From a virus (Duplodnaviria > Caudoviricetes), in IMG/VR virus record IMGVR_UViG_3300012979_000030, positions 32,001 to 96,000 of that record: 64,000 nt of DNA; one strand, given 5' to 3'. Positions 1 to 8,893 of this stretch are shown here, piece by piece. The notes beneath the pieces are model-generated. The model was not told where the DNA came from. It worked only from the letters and a program-made list of their open reading frames with translations, and made no database searches. The stretch's first letter is position 1. Each line of letters opens with the position of its first letter. A program made the translations under genes and the position numbers.

Positions 1-283
1 TTTCATCTTTATAATCATCAATTGTTGCACAACCTGTTGCTATTTTAACACCAATATAATCATAACTTTTTAATTCTTTTTTCAATTCAAATATTCTTTT
101 TTCATTATTTGGTGTGTAACCACTTAATGGTGCATAACCTTTTATATACCAATTACCATTATAAGATTGTTCAACATCTAATAATTGCATACCTCTTTTT
201 TTATAAAGTTCTACATTATTACCTAATCCAACTTTACATTTTTTTGTTCTTGTATTTGTTATTATTGCCCACATCTTACTCAT
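1..283 (-). CDS. Partial small tail-associated protein (tail-fibre assembly-like); runs off the window start
   Basis: ATG at 283 overlaps the stop of 276..875 (ATGAGTAA). Open frame MSKMWAIITN...DVEQSYNGNWYIKGYAP...LKSYDYIGVKIATG to the window edge. Absent from the ORF track because it has no stop. Confidence 0.6.
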   Translation of the reverse strand, partial: MSKMWAIITNTRTKKCKVGLGNNVELYKKRGMQLLDVEQSYNGNWYIKGYAPLSGYTPNNEKRIFELKKELKSYDYIGVKIATGCATIDDYKDE

Positions 284-875
284 CTACTTCTCCTTTAAAT
301 GGATAGAATGATAATTGAACTGTTCCAGAACTTCTTTCATCAATATACACACTATCATTTTTTCCAATCATTATTGTTGTTGTATATGATTGATTTTCAC
401 CTGCCCACAATTCTAATATAATCACAGGTGATGACTCTGATGGTTTAAATCTAATAATACCACCATTACTTACACGAACATAAATAAAACCATTCATTGG
501 TGCAACAAATGTTTGTCCTGTTATTTCATCAATTGTTTCACCTGAATTATAATCAGGAACAATCAATGATGAAATTTTTGTTTTTGCAACACTTGTAATA
601 TTACTTAAATCTGTATCAGCTGGTGAAATTGCAGCCATATCACCATCTGGATTTATCCATATTTTTGATTTTTCTACACTTGGTTCTTCATTACTAATAA
701 TTACAGCATTTCTACCAACATCTGCATATGTTCTACTTGATACAGAAAAGTCTGTATCATTTAAGTCTTCTTTAACCACATAGATTTCATTTAAATTTTT
801 TGTTGTTAAAGAATCATATTGCTCTTTTGATAACACATTTATTTGTAAATTTGTTGTATTCTCAGTATTTGCCAT
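276..875 (-). CDS. Putative tail-fibre/virion protein
   Basis: N-terminal TTNLQINVLSKEQY...EIY module shared with 45789..46607; DTDLSNIT and TFVAPMNGFIYV motifs typical of phage fibre proteins. Confidence 0.6.
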   Translation of the reverse strand: MANTENTTNLQINVLSKEQYDSLTTKNLNEIYVVKEDLNDTDFSVSSRTYADVGRNAVIISNEEPSVEKSKIWINPDGDMAAISPADTDLSNITSVAKTKISSLIVPDYNSGETIDEITGQTFVAPMNGFIYVRVSNGGIIRFKPSESSPVIILELWAGENQSYTTTIMIGKNDSVYIDERSSGTVQLSFYPFKGEVDE

Positions 876-887
876 TTATAATCTCTC

Positions 888-1247
888 TTATTCTGTTTCT
901 TTTAATAATTCCAATAAATGACCAAGCATAATAGGTTCATTATATGATTCTTGTGGTATTTTATTAAATGATATGCTATTTTTGTCATTCAAAACATAAA
1001 TCATACCATTTTCACCAACAATAGTATTATCACCTACAACTCTCTTAATAATTGTTTTTACTTTCAAATCACAATTATCATATATATTGTTACCTATTTG
1101 TGGATATTGTGTTGTATAAACAATTTCATCATTATTAATTGTATTTTTCCATGATTTTGAACTATTTAATTTATTATACAAATCTGTATATATTACATTC
1201 AATCTATCATTGTTGATTTTTAATGTGGTACCTAATCTTATTGGCAT
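888..1247 (-). CDS. Hypothetical virion protein, paralogous to the C-terminal part of 45789..46607
   Basis: KLNSSKSW...VYTTQYPQIG...FNKIPQE...LLELLK aligns by eye with RLNKAWCW...IYTIPNPEIG...FDGIPED...LLKAIK; GGAG RBS and TATAAATA upstream. Confidence 0.6.
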   Translation of the reverse strand: MPIRLGTTLKINNDRLNVIYTDLYNKLNSSKSWKNTINNDEIVYTTQYPQIGNNIYDNCDLKVKTIIKRVVGDNTIVGENGMIYVLNDKNSISFNKIPQESYNEPIMLGHLLELLKETE

Positions 1248-1268
1248 TTATTTCTCCATATATAGAAT

Positions 1269-1276
1269 TATTTATA
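1269..1276 (-). promoter_or_regulatory. T4-type late promoter TATAAATA
   Basis: Exact TATAAATA about 22 nt upstream of the 888..1247 start; CATAAATA on + at 1300-1307 serves the divergent LRR operon. Confidence 0.5.
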
Positions 1277-1325
1277 CAATTATTTACCACTCAAAAGAAC
1301 ATAAATAAAAATATAATGTAGGAGA

Positions 1326-1577
1326 ATGTATATGGAGAAATCTATTGTTGTTCCGAATGGAACTACTGTCCGATGGAGAGTATATTGTGATGGATATGAA
1401 GAAGAATCCGGTATTGAAACAATTACCGGAAATAAAAGACTTTTAGTTGATTTAGAGTTAATTCCGGTTGAAGTAGATATTATTGATTATGAATTTACAA
1501 ATGAAGATAATATTGTAACATTAACAAAATATATAGGTTCCGAAACAAACGTGATTATGCCTGTTTTAATGGGGTGA
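1326..1577 (+). CDS. Small adaptor-like protein: half PEGA-like domain plus C-terminal LRR N-cap motif
   Basis: KSIVVPNGTTVRWRVYCDGY...LVDLE followed by DYEFTNEDNIVTLTKYIGSETNVIMP; GGAG RBS; start may be 1332. Confidence 0.65.
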   Translation: MYMEKSIVVPNGTTVRWRVYCDGYEEESGIETITGNKRLLVDLELIPVEVDIIDYEFTNEDNIVTLTKYIGSETNVIMPVLMG

Positions 1578-1580
1578 TAA

Positions 1581-2780
1581 ATGGCAATAACATTAGCAAA
1601 AGAAATACTTGCATCTCCAACTACTTTTAGAAACAATTCAAATATAGTTTCTGTTGATACAATGAATATTCCATGGGAAAATGACTCTATGGAATATAGT
1701 TTCAGCAATTGTTATAACCTTAAAGAGGTTCATAACATTTCAAATGATGTTATAAATTTAAGTTACACTTTTTATAATTGTTCAAATTTAACAAAATGCC
1801 CGGAAATTCCATCAAATGTATCAAATATGAGTTATACATTTTGTGGTTGTAACAATTTGAATGTTGCACCAACAATACCAAATAGTGTAACAAACATTGT
1901 TGGTTGTTTTGCAGATTGCCATTCATTAACATATACACCAACAATTCCAGAAAATATAACCAATTTGCAATCTACATTTTATAATTGTTCTAATTTAACA
2001 TCATTTCCAACAATACCAAATAGTGTATCAGATATGACACAAACCTATGCACTTTGTAAAAATATTAATGGTGTTATCACATATCCAACAAATATTGAGT
2101 GCTTAAGAGGAACATATGCATATTGTGATAATATAACATCTATTCCAAACATACCAGCATCAGTAACAGATTTATATGGAACATTTGAGGGATGTATTAA
2201 TGTTAGTGGAGATATTTACATACTTTCTGACAAAGTTTTAGATTGTAAAAATATATTTAATGGAACTTCTCAAATAAAAAATATATACATTCCATTTAAT
2301 TTTACAAATGATTATGCTGAAACTCTATATTGTTATAGTTCTGATTATGGTTATGATTCAATTTATATAAAATGTTTCAAAAATTCAGCACAAGTTTATT
2401 ACCAAAACGGTTCTATAAATGATAACATCAAGAATATTCAATTCAATGAATCAAAAACAGAAATCATTGTTGAATCATATTCAAATACATCAACATATTC
2501 AATAGATACATCAAATAATATATTAATAAATCACACAAATGGTTCACAATCATTGACATTAAAGTCTTTTATTGATGCAGGATATGATGGATATGGAACA
2601 TATGATGGTGTATACATTAAAGACATTTTAACATCTCAACTTCCACAAATACCTGAAGATGTCGTAGATATAAATTTAAGTGAATATGAAACAAGAACAT
2701 CAAATTATAAAACAGAGTTAATAAAATATATTGGAACCAATACAAGTGTTGTTGTTCCATCAACTGGGTTTGAGGGGTAA
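1581..2780 (+). CDS. BspA-like leucine-rich repeat protein 1 (about 8 repeats)
   Basis: 23-aa IPxxVxNMxxTFxxCxNL repeats; C-terminal ELIKYIGTNTSVVVP motif. Confidence 0.85.
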   Translation: MAITLAKEILASPTTFRNNSNIVSVDTMNIPWENDSMEYSFSNCYNLKEVHNISNDVINLSYTFYNCSNLTKCPEIPSNVSNMSYTFCGCNNLNVAPTIPNSVTNIVGCFADCHSLTYTPTIPENITNLQSTFYNCSNLTSFPTIPNSVSDMTQTYALCKNINGVITYPTNIECLRGTYAYCDNITSIPNIPASVTDLYGTFEGCINVSGDIYILSDKVLDCKNIFNGTSQIKNIYIPFNFTNDYAETLYCYSSDYGYDSIYIKCFKNSAQVYYQNGSINDNIKNIQFNESKTEIIVESYSNTSTYSIDTSNNILINHTNGSQSLTLKSFIDAGYDGYGTYDGVYIKDILTSQLPQIPEDVVDINLSEYETRTSNYKTELIKYIGTNTSVVVPSTGFEG

Positions 2781-2782
2781 CA

Positions 2783-3832
2783 ATGAAGACAAGACAAACA
2801 TTTTTAACATCAACAACATTTCAAAATAATCAATTAATTGAACATATTGATTGTAATAATGTAGTATGGAAAGGAAATTCAATATCATATGCATTTGCTG
2901 AATGTTCAAATTTAAAATCAATATCCAATATTAACAATAATGTATCTATTGTAAGTTATGCATATAAAAACTGTTCAAATTTATCAACACCACCAACATT
3001 ACCAAATAGTGTAACAAATATTGAGGGTGTTTATCAAGGATGTTCATCATTAACTGATATTCCTCATATTCCAGACAGTGTAACAAATATGTCATATACA
3101 TTTGCTGAATGCACAAACATCAAAAAATTATCAACATTACCAAACAGTGTATCAAATATGTCATATACATTTAGAAATTGCTTAAATTTATCATCTGTTT
3201 CATATACGTTTGATAATGTTTATAATATGGAAGGAACATTCCAAAACTGTATTAGATTGAATGGTGATATTCAAATAATATCTGAAAAAATTGGAAATGC
3301 AAATCTTTGTTTTGATAATTCTGGAACTTCCACAAAAAATGTTTATATTCCATTCAATTCAACCAAAAGACATTTATATTGTTATAGTAGAAATATAGAA
3401 GATTATGGATTTGAAAAATATTATATAGATGTTTATCCAATAAATCTATATGGGACTCAATTACCAGCATATGATGACAATGGAATCAATACTGGATATA
3501 CATTTTGGTTTACATCTAAAGATATTAATAGACCATTATTAGGTAAACCAAGTTCTGATGGAATTGGAACAACATATTCTGGTATTACTAGGGATATTAA
3601 GAATGATACATATGTCAATTTAGATGAACCAATTCCAACTATTACATATAATTCATTTATAAATGCTGGTTATAAAACTGATGGGTCATTGGATAATGTT
3701 TATTTGAAAGATTTTACTGAATTAGTTGCACAAGGTTACACCATAACAAATACTGAATCAACAGTATATCTAAATACATATATTGGAATAGAAACAAATA
3801 TTATAACACCAAAGTATTCTTGGGTTCAATAG
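2783..3832 (+). CDS. BspA-like LRR protein 2 (about 6 repeats)
   Basis: Same repeats; C-terminal VYLNTYIGIETNIITP motif. Confidence 0.85.
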   Translation: MKTRQTFLTSTTFQNNQLIEHIDCNNVVWKGNSISYAFAECSNLKSISNINNNVSIVSYAYKNCSNLSTPPTLPNSVTNIEGVYQGCSSLTDIPHIPDSVTNMSYTFAECTNIKKLSTLPNSVSNMSYTFRNCLNLSSVSYTFDNVYNMEGTFQNCIRLNGDIQIISEKIGNANLCFDNSGTSTKNVYIPFNSTKRHLYCYSRNIEDYGFEKYYIDVYPINLYGTQLPAYDDNGINTGYTFWFTSKDINRPLLGKPSSDGIGTTYSGITRDIKNDTYVNLDEPIPTITYNSFINAGYKTDGSLDNVYLKDFTELVAQGYTITNTESTVYLNTYIGIETNIITPKYSWVQ

Positions 3833-3840
3833 GAGAAATT

Positions 3841-5049
3841 ATGAGTGGATTATTACCAACAACACTAGTCAATACAACATATGCAAATAATAGAAACATT
3901 GTTTCTGTTGATTTAAATGAAGTTCCATTTTATAATAACTCAATGGCTGGTGCATTTAGTGGTTGTTCTAATCTAATATCTGTATCAAGTATCAATGAAA
4001 ATGTATCAAATATGTATCAAACATTTAATGGTTGTTCTAAATTAGTTAATGCACCAGATATTCCTAATGGTGTAACTGATATGAATGGGACATTTAGGTA
4101 TTGTTCTAAATTAGTTAATGCACCAGTTATCCCTAATAATGTTGTTAATATGAGTAGTACATTTAGTGGTTGTCAGAATCTAGTCAATGCACCTGTTATT
4201 CCTAATAGTGTAACTGATATGTATACTACATTTGGTTCATGTAGCAACCTAGTTAATGCACCAGATATTCCTAATAGTGTAACTAATATGCATCAAACAT
4301 TTTATTATTGTTATAATCTAGTTAATGCACCGGTTATCCCTAATAGTGTTGCTAAACTGTATCAAACATTTTATTACTGTAATAATCTAGTTAATGCACC
4401 TATTATCCCCAATAGTGTAACCAATATGTATAGAACATTTAGTGGTTGTCAGAATCTAGTCAATGCACCTGTTATTCCTAATAGTGTAACTGATATGAGT
4501 GGGACATTTAATGGTTGTTCTAATTTAGTCAATGCACCAAATATCCCTAATAGTGTTAAAGACATTAGTTATACATTTTCCAATTGTTCTAATCTAGTAA
4601 ATGCACCTGTAATTCCTAATAGTGTAACTAATATGAGATATACATTTAGTGGTTGTTCTAATCTAACAAGTAATATATACATACAATCAAAAAACATAAG
4701 AAATGCATATCATTGTTTTTATAATACATCACTAACAAAAAATGTATATATTCCATTTAAATATGAAAATGGTGAATATACAAAGACATATAATGCATTT
4801 GAAAATGCAGGATATACAGAAGAAACAATTGTTAATGGTGTTAAACTATTTGATAGTAATTATAACTACTATACTTTAACATTAAGAGTAATACCATCTG
4901 ATGCTGATGTTTTATCAGTAGATCCAAATATTAATGGATATATTGTTGATGTTACTGATTATGAATATCAATTAACAGATGGTGGTTCATCAGTAATATT
5001 AGGTAAATACATTGGTAATGATGTTGAGGAAATTATGCCAAATATTTAA
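3841..5049 (+). CDS. BspA-like LRR protein 3 (about 11 repeats)
   Basis: ATG 3841 after AGGAG RBS (track start 3820 is TTG); NAPVIPNSVT repeats; C-terminal VILGKYIGNDVEEIMP motif. Confidence 0.85.
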   Translation: MSGLLPTTLVNTTYANNRNIVSVDLNEVPFYNNSMAGAFSGCSNLISVSSINENVSNMYQTFNGCSKLVNAPDIPNGVTDMNGTFRYCSKLVNAPVIPNNVVNMSSTFSGCQNLVNAPVIPNSVTDMYTTFGSCSNLVNAPDIPNSVTNMHQTFYYCYNLVNAPVIPNSVAKLYQTFYYCNNLVNAPIIPNSVTNMYRTFSGCQNLVNAPVIPNSVTDMSGTFNGCSNLVNAPNIPNSVKDISYTFSNCSNLVNAPVIPNSVTNMRYTFSGCSNLTSNIYIQSKNIRNAYHCFYNTSLTKNVYIPFKYENGEYTKTYNAFENAGYTEETIVNGVKLFDSNYNYYTLTLRVIPSDADVLSVDPNINGYIVDVTDYEYQLTDGGSSVILGKYIGNDVEEIMPNI

Positions 5050-7380
5050 AGGGACAAAAAATGACAAAGGTTTATGTATCAAATGTTTATGCCAATAGTC
5101 AATTAACATTTATAAACAACAAAAATATCATTTCTATTGATTGTAATTATGTATCTTGGGTCAATAATACAATGTCTAATGCATTTAGAAATTGTTCTAA
5201 TCTAGTTTCTGTATCAAACATCAATGAAAATGTAACTGATATGAGGAATACATTTAGTAATTGTTGTAGTCTAGTTAATGCACCAGAAATTCCTAATAGT
5301 GTAATTGATATGTGGGAGACATTTAATAATTGTTATAATCTAATAAATGCACCAGTAATTCCTAATAGTGTAATTAGGATGGTTAATACATTTAATAATT
5401 GTTGTAGTCTAGTTAATGCACCTGTTATCCATAATGGTGTAACTGATATGAATGGGACATTTAGGTATTGTCGTAATCTAGTTAATGCGCCAGTAATTCC
5501 TAATAGTGTAACTAATATGAGTGATACATTTTATAATTGTTCTAATCTAATAAATGCACCAGAAATTCCTAATAGTGTAACTGATATGAGTGGAACATTT
5601 GGTTATTGTTCTAATCTAATAAATGCACCAGAAATTCCTAATAGTGTAATTAGTATGGAAGGGACATTTGCTGGTTGTAATCTAGTCAATTTTCCTGTTA
5701 TTCCTAATAGTGTAATTGATATGAGTACTACATTTGCTAGTTGTAATAATCTAGTCAATTCACCTATTATTCCTAATAGTGTAACTAGAATGTTTCGAAC
5801 ATTTTACGATTGTCCTAATCTAGTTGATGCACCTATTATACCTAATAGTGTTATTAATATGGAAAGAACATTTGATAATTGTACCAATCTAGTTGATGCA
5901 CCTATTATTCCAAATAGTGTTGTTAATATGAGTGGAACATTTTTTTATTGTCCTAATCTAGTCAATTTTCCTGTTATTCCTAATGGTGTAACTGATATGA
6001 GTTCTACATTTTATCATTGTGAAAAACTGCTTAATTCACCTGTTATCCCTAATAGTGTTACTAATATGTATGGGACATTTCAAAATTGTTTTAATCTAGT
6101 CAATGCACCAGTTATTCCTAATGGTGTAACTGATATGTGGAGGACATTTGATAATTGTCGTAATATAGTCAATGCACCTATTATACCTAATAGTGTAACT
6201 AAGATGGTTAATACATTTAATAATTGTTCTAATCTAACAGGTAATATATACATTCAATCAGTAAACATAAGTAATGCAATGGGTTGTTTTTATAATACAT
6301 CACTAACAAAAAATATATATATTCCATATACATGCACAATAGCATATTATAAAACTTTTAATAGTGGTGATACATATTACTTTGTAAAAAATTATAATAT
6401 TGGTGAACCAATTTATTATTATGATAATGGTCAATATACAGGACAAACAATAAAAAGTATTTTTGAGGCAGTTGGATTCTTCTATGACCAAAATTACAAA
6501 TACTATTATGATAATTCATCCGTTTCTGTTTCAGAAGAAGTTGAACCATATACAACACAAACATATAATTCATTTATTAATGCTGGTTATGATGAAAACG
6601 GAACAAAACATAATGTTTATTTAAAAGATTATAAAACATTATTTGATGTTAATTTAACAGATTACACACATACAATTGAAAATAATGTTGCAACAGTAAC
6701 AGCATATATAGGACAAGGTGGTGATATTACATTACCATCAACACTAAACAAATAGGAGAACTTTATGACAACAGTTAACAAAGTAATTTACTCTAATACA
6801 ACATTTACAAATTGTTCAAATATTGTATCAGTTGATTGTAATTATGTATCTTGGACTAATAACTCAATGTCTAATGCATTTAAAGATTGTTCCAATCTCA
6901 AATCTGTTAATAATATAAGTAAAAGTGTTACTAATATGTATTATACATTTAGGAATTGTCAAAATCTAGTTAATACTCCAGTAATTCCTAATAGTGTGGT
7001 TAATATGTATGGGACATTTCATTATTGTTATAATCTAGTCAATGCACCTATTATACCTAATAGTGTAACTGATATGAGTTATACATTTTATAGTTGTCAG
7101 AATCTAGTCAATGCACCAATAATTCCTAATAGTGTAACTAGTATGAATATGACATTTTATTGGTGCAAAAACATAGTCAATGCACCCATCATACCTAATA
7201 GTGTAACTTATATGAGTGGGACATTTGAAGATTGTTCTAATATAGTCAATGCACCCATCATACCTAATAGTGTAACTTATATGAGTGGGACATTTGAAGA
7301 TTGTTCTAATATAGTCAATGCACCTATTATACCTAATAGTGTAACTTATATGTTTGGGACATTTTCTAATTGTTATAATC
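4010..7380 (+). repeat. 69-nt (23-aa) coding tandem repeats in LRR genes 3-5
   Basis: Consensus cctaatagtgtaactNNNatgNNNNNNacatttNNNNNNtgtNNNaatctagtYaatgcaccN; near-exact adjacent copies start at 7201 and 7270. Confidence 0.9.
5061..6755 (+). CDS. BspA-like LRR protein 4 (about 16 repeats)
   Basis: Same repeats; C-terminal ATVTAYIGQGGDITLP motif. Confidence 0.85.
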   Translation: MTKVYVSNVYANSQLTFINNKNIISIDCNYVSWVNNTMSNAFRNCSNLVSVSNINENVTDMRNTFSNCCSLVNAPEIPNSVIDMWETFNNCYNLINAPVIPNSVIRMVNTFNNCCSLVNAPVIHNGVTDMNGTFRYCRNLVNAPVIPNSVTNMSDTFYNCSNLINAPEIPNSVTDMSGTFGYCSNLINAPEIPNSVISMEGTFAGCNLVNFPVIPNSVIDMSTTFASCNNLVNSPIIPNSVTRMFRTFYDCPNLVDAPIIPNSVINMERTFDNCTNLVDAPIIPNSVVNMSGTFFYCPNLVNFPVIPNGVTDMSSTFYHCEKLLNSPVIPNSVTNMYGTFQNCFNLVNAPVIPNGVTDMWRTFDNCRNIVNAPIIPNSVTKMVNTFNNCSNLTGNIYIQSVNISNAMGCFYNTSLTKNIYIPYTCTIAYYKTFNSGDTYYFVKNYNIGEPIYYYDNGQYTGQTIKSIFEAVGFFYDQNYKYYYDNSSVSVSEEVEPYTTQTYNSFINAGYDENGTKHNVYLKDYKTLFDVNLTDYTHTIENNVATVTAYIGQGGDITLPSTLNK

Positions 7381-7589
7381 TAAAGGGTAATGTATATATT
7401 CAATCAGAAAACATAACAAATGCATATAATTGTTTTTATTGTGCTTTTAATACACCATTGACAAAAAATGTATATATTCCATTTAAATATGAAAATGGTG
7501 AATATACAAAGACATATAATTCATTTATTAATGTAGGATATAATGAAAATGGAACAAAACATAATGTTTATTTAAAGAATATTAACTAA
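6765..7589 (+). CDS. BspA-like LRR protein 5 (about 8 repeats), last member, lacks the YIG..P tail
   Basis: Same repeats; ends at HNVYLKNIN directly after the C-cap. Confidence 0.85.
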   Translation: MTTVNKVIYSNTTFTNCSNIVSVDCNYVSWTNNSMSNAFKDCSNLKSVNNISKSVTNMYYTFRNCQNLVNTPVIPNSVVNMYGTFHYCYNLVNAPIIPNSVTDMSYTFYSCQNLVNAPIIPNSVTSMNMTFYWCKNIVNAPIIPNSVTYMSGTFEDCSNIVNAPIIPNSVTYMSGTFEDCSNIVNAPIIPNSVTYMFGTFSNCYNLKGNVYIQSENITNAYNCFYCAFNTPLTKNVYIPFKYENGEYTKTYNSFINVGYNENGTKHNVYLKNIN

Positions 7590-7636
7590 TTATAATCATA
7601 TACAATTATAGTTAAAATTAAATGTCATAAAAATAT

Positions 7637-7660
7637 TGAGGGGATAAATCAATCCCCTCA
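7637..7660. terminator. Hairpin between the convergent LRR operon and glycosyltransferase
   Basis: TGAGGGGAT-aaatca-ATCCCCTCA inverted repeat. Confidence 0.65.
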
Positions 7661-7664
7661 TTAA

Positions 7665-8663
7665 TTATTCACATTCTTTTTCCAATTCTTCAAGAAATTC
7701 TTTGATTCCAATTCTTGGAATAATTCCATGTAATTTATTACCCATATAACAATTTCTCATAACATCATTATAAATGTCAGAAAAAATATTATCTGGTATC
7801 TTATCTTTAATTTCTCTATAAACTTCTTTATAATATTTCAAACAAGAATTCCAATTCTGTTCAATAAATCTTTTATCTCTTTCTTCTGTTTCAATATAAT
7901 ATTCATATAAATTGCACAAAATCTGAACCTTTTGTTGCATAATATTACCATTAAATGGTGCAACTTTTTCAGCATATTTAACTGCATAAATCATATTTTC
8001 TGTATATCCAACAAATGATTGATCATATGAATATTGTGCATTGTTAATTCTTGTAATAGAATCTTCTTTAAAATGCCAATAATATGTAATATCTTGTATA
8101 AACTTGATTTGTTCATTTTGATTTGATACTAATTTACAAATCATATTAAAACCATTATCTTCATTGGCACGACTACCATTTAAGAACCTAATATTATACT
8201 TGTTTATAAAATCTCTTTTATACAATTTACCAAACATCCATACAGAATCATTTGGATGTCCAATATATGTTGTTTTTTGATCTTCCAAAAATTGACTGAA
8301 CACACAAGAAATTCTTGGATCAGATAAGATTTGTAATCTCAATGTTTTTAATGCAAATGCACCACTAAACGTGTCATCAGCATCAATAAACATCAACAAT
8401 GGGTTTGATGTATTATCAATACCATATTGTCTTGCATCCCCAGGACCACCATTTTTCTCCATAACAATTTCTCTAATTTTCATATATGGAGAAAACATAT
8501 CAACAAAATTTTTATAACCAATTCCATCAGCATCATTTACAATTGTTACTTCAACATCATCAACAATTTCTTGTGATGCAATACTCGATAATGTTCTTAA
8601 CAATGTATTTTGTGCTTTGTATGCAGGAATAATAATATCTATTTTTGGCAAACTATTTTCCAT
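7665..8663 (-). CDS. Glycosyltransferase family 2
   Basis: IDIIIPAYK, TIVNDAD, NGGPGDARQYG, FIDADD (DxD) and NED motifs; start 8663 has an AAGGA RBS. Confidence 0.9.
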   Translation of the reverse strand: MENSLPKIDIIIPAYKAQNTLLRTLSSIASQEIVDDVEVTIVNDADGIGYKNFVDMFSPYMKIREIVMEKNGGPGDARQYGIDNTSNPLLMFIDADDTFSGAFALKTLRLQILSDPRISCVFSQFLEDQKTTYIGHPNDSVWMFGKLYKRDFINKYNIRFLNGSRANEDNGFNMICKLVSNQNEQIKFIQDITYYWHFKEDSITRINNAQYSYDQSFVGYTENMIYAVKYAEKVAPFNGNIMQQKVQILCNLYEYYIETEERDKRFIEQNWNSCLKYYKEVYREIKDKIPDNIFSDIYNDVMRNCYMGNKLHGIIPRIGIKEFLEELEKECE

Positions 8664-8696
8664 ATTCTTTTCCTTATAATTATTACAAACTTCTTT

Positions 8697-8725
8697 ATTA
8701 TAATCATTATACATTACTTAGTCAA
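8697..8725 (-). promoter_or_regulatory. Sigma70-type promoter for the GT2 gene
   Basis: TTGACT-N17-TATAAT. Confidence 0.6.
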
Positions 8726-8893
8726 ATATTATTTTATTATAAACATTGGTATAACAATATTTAACAAGGAAGTTATTATACAAAGAATAGATTTAAAAAG
8801 TGGTATCATTAAGAATTAAATGATTTAAGCATATAATAAATATTTGTATAATCAATTTAGATTATAATTTGTTATAACAAATGGAGAAATTAT

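Noticed and set aside
1575-6765. Stop-codon recoding fusing the LRR genes into one protein
   Set aside because: Only 2 of 5 junctions are in frame (one has a TGA-TAA double stop), downstream genes have RBS-like sequences, and conserved genes elsewhere are intact under the standard code
4010-7380. CRISPR array (regular period with variable parts)
   Set aside because: The period is 69 nt and in frame within ORFs, the variable parts are single codons rather than spacers, and no cas genes are present
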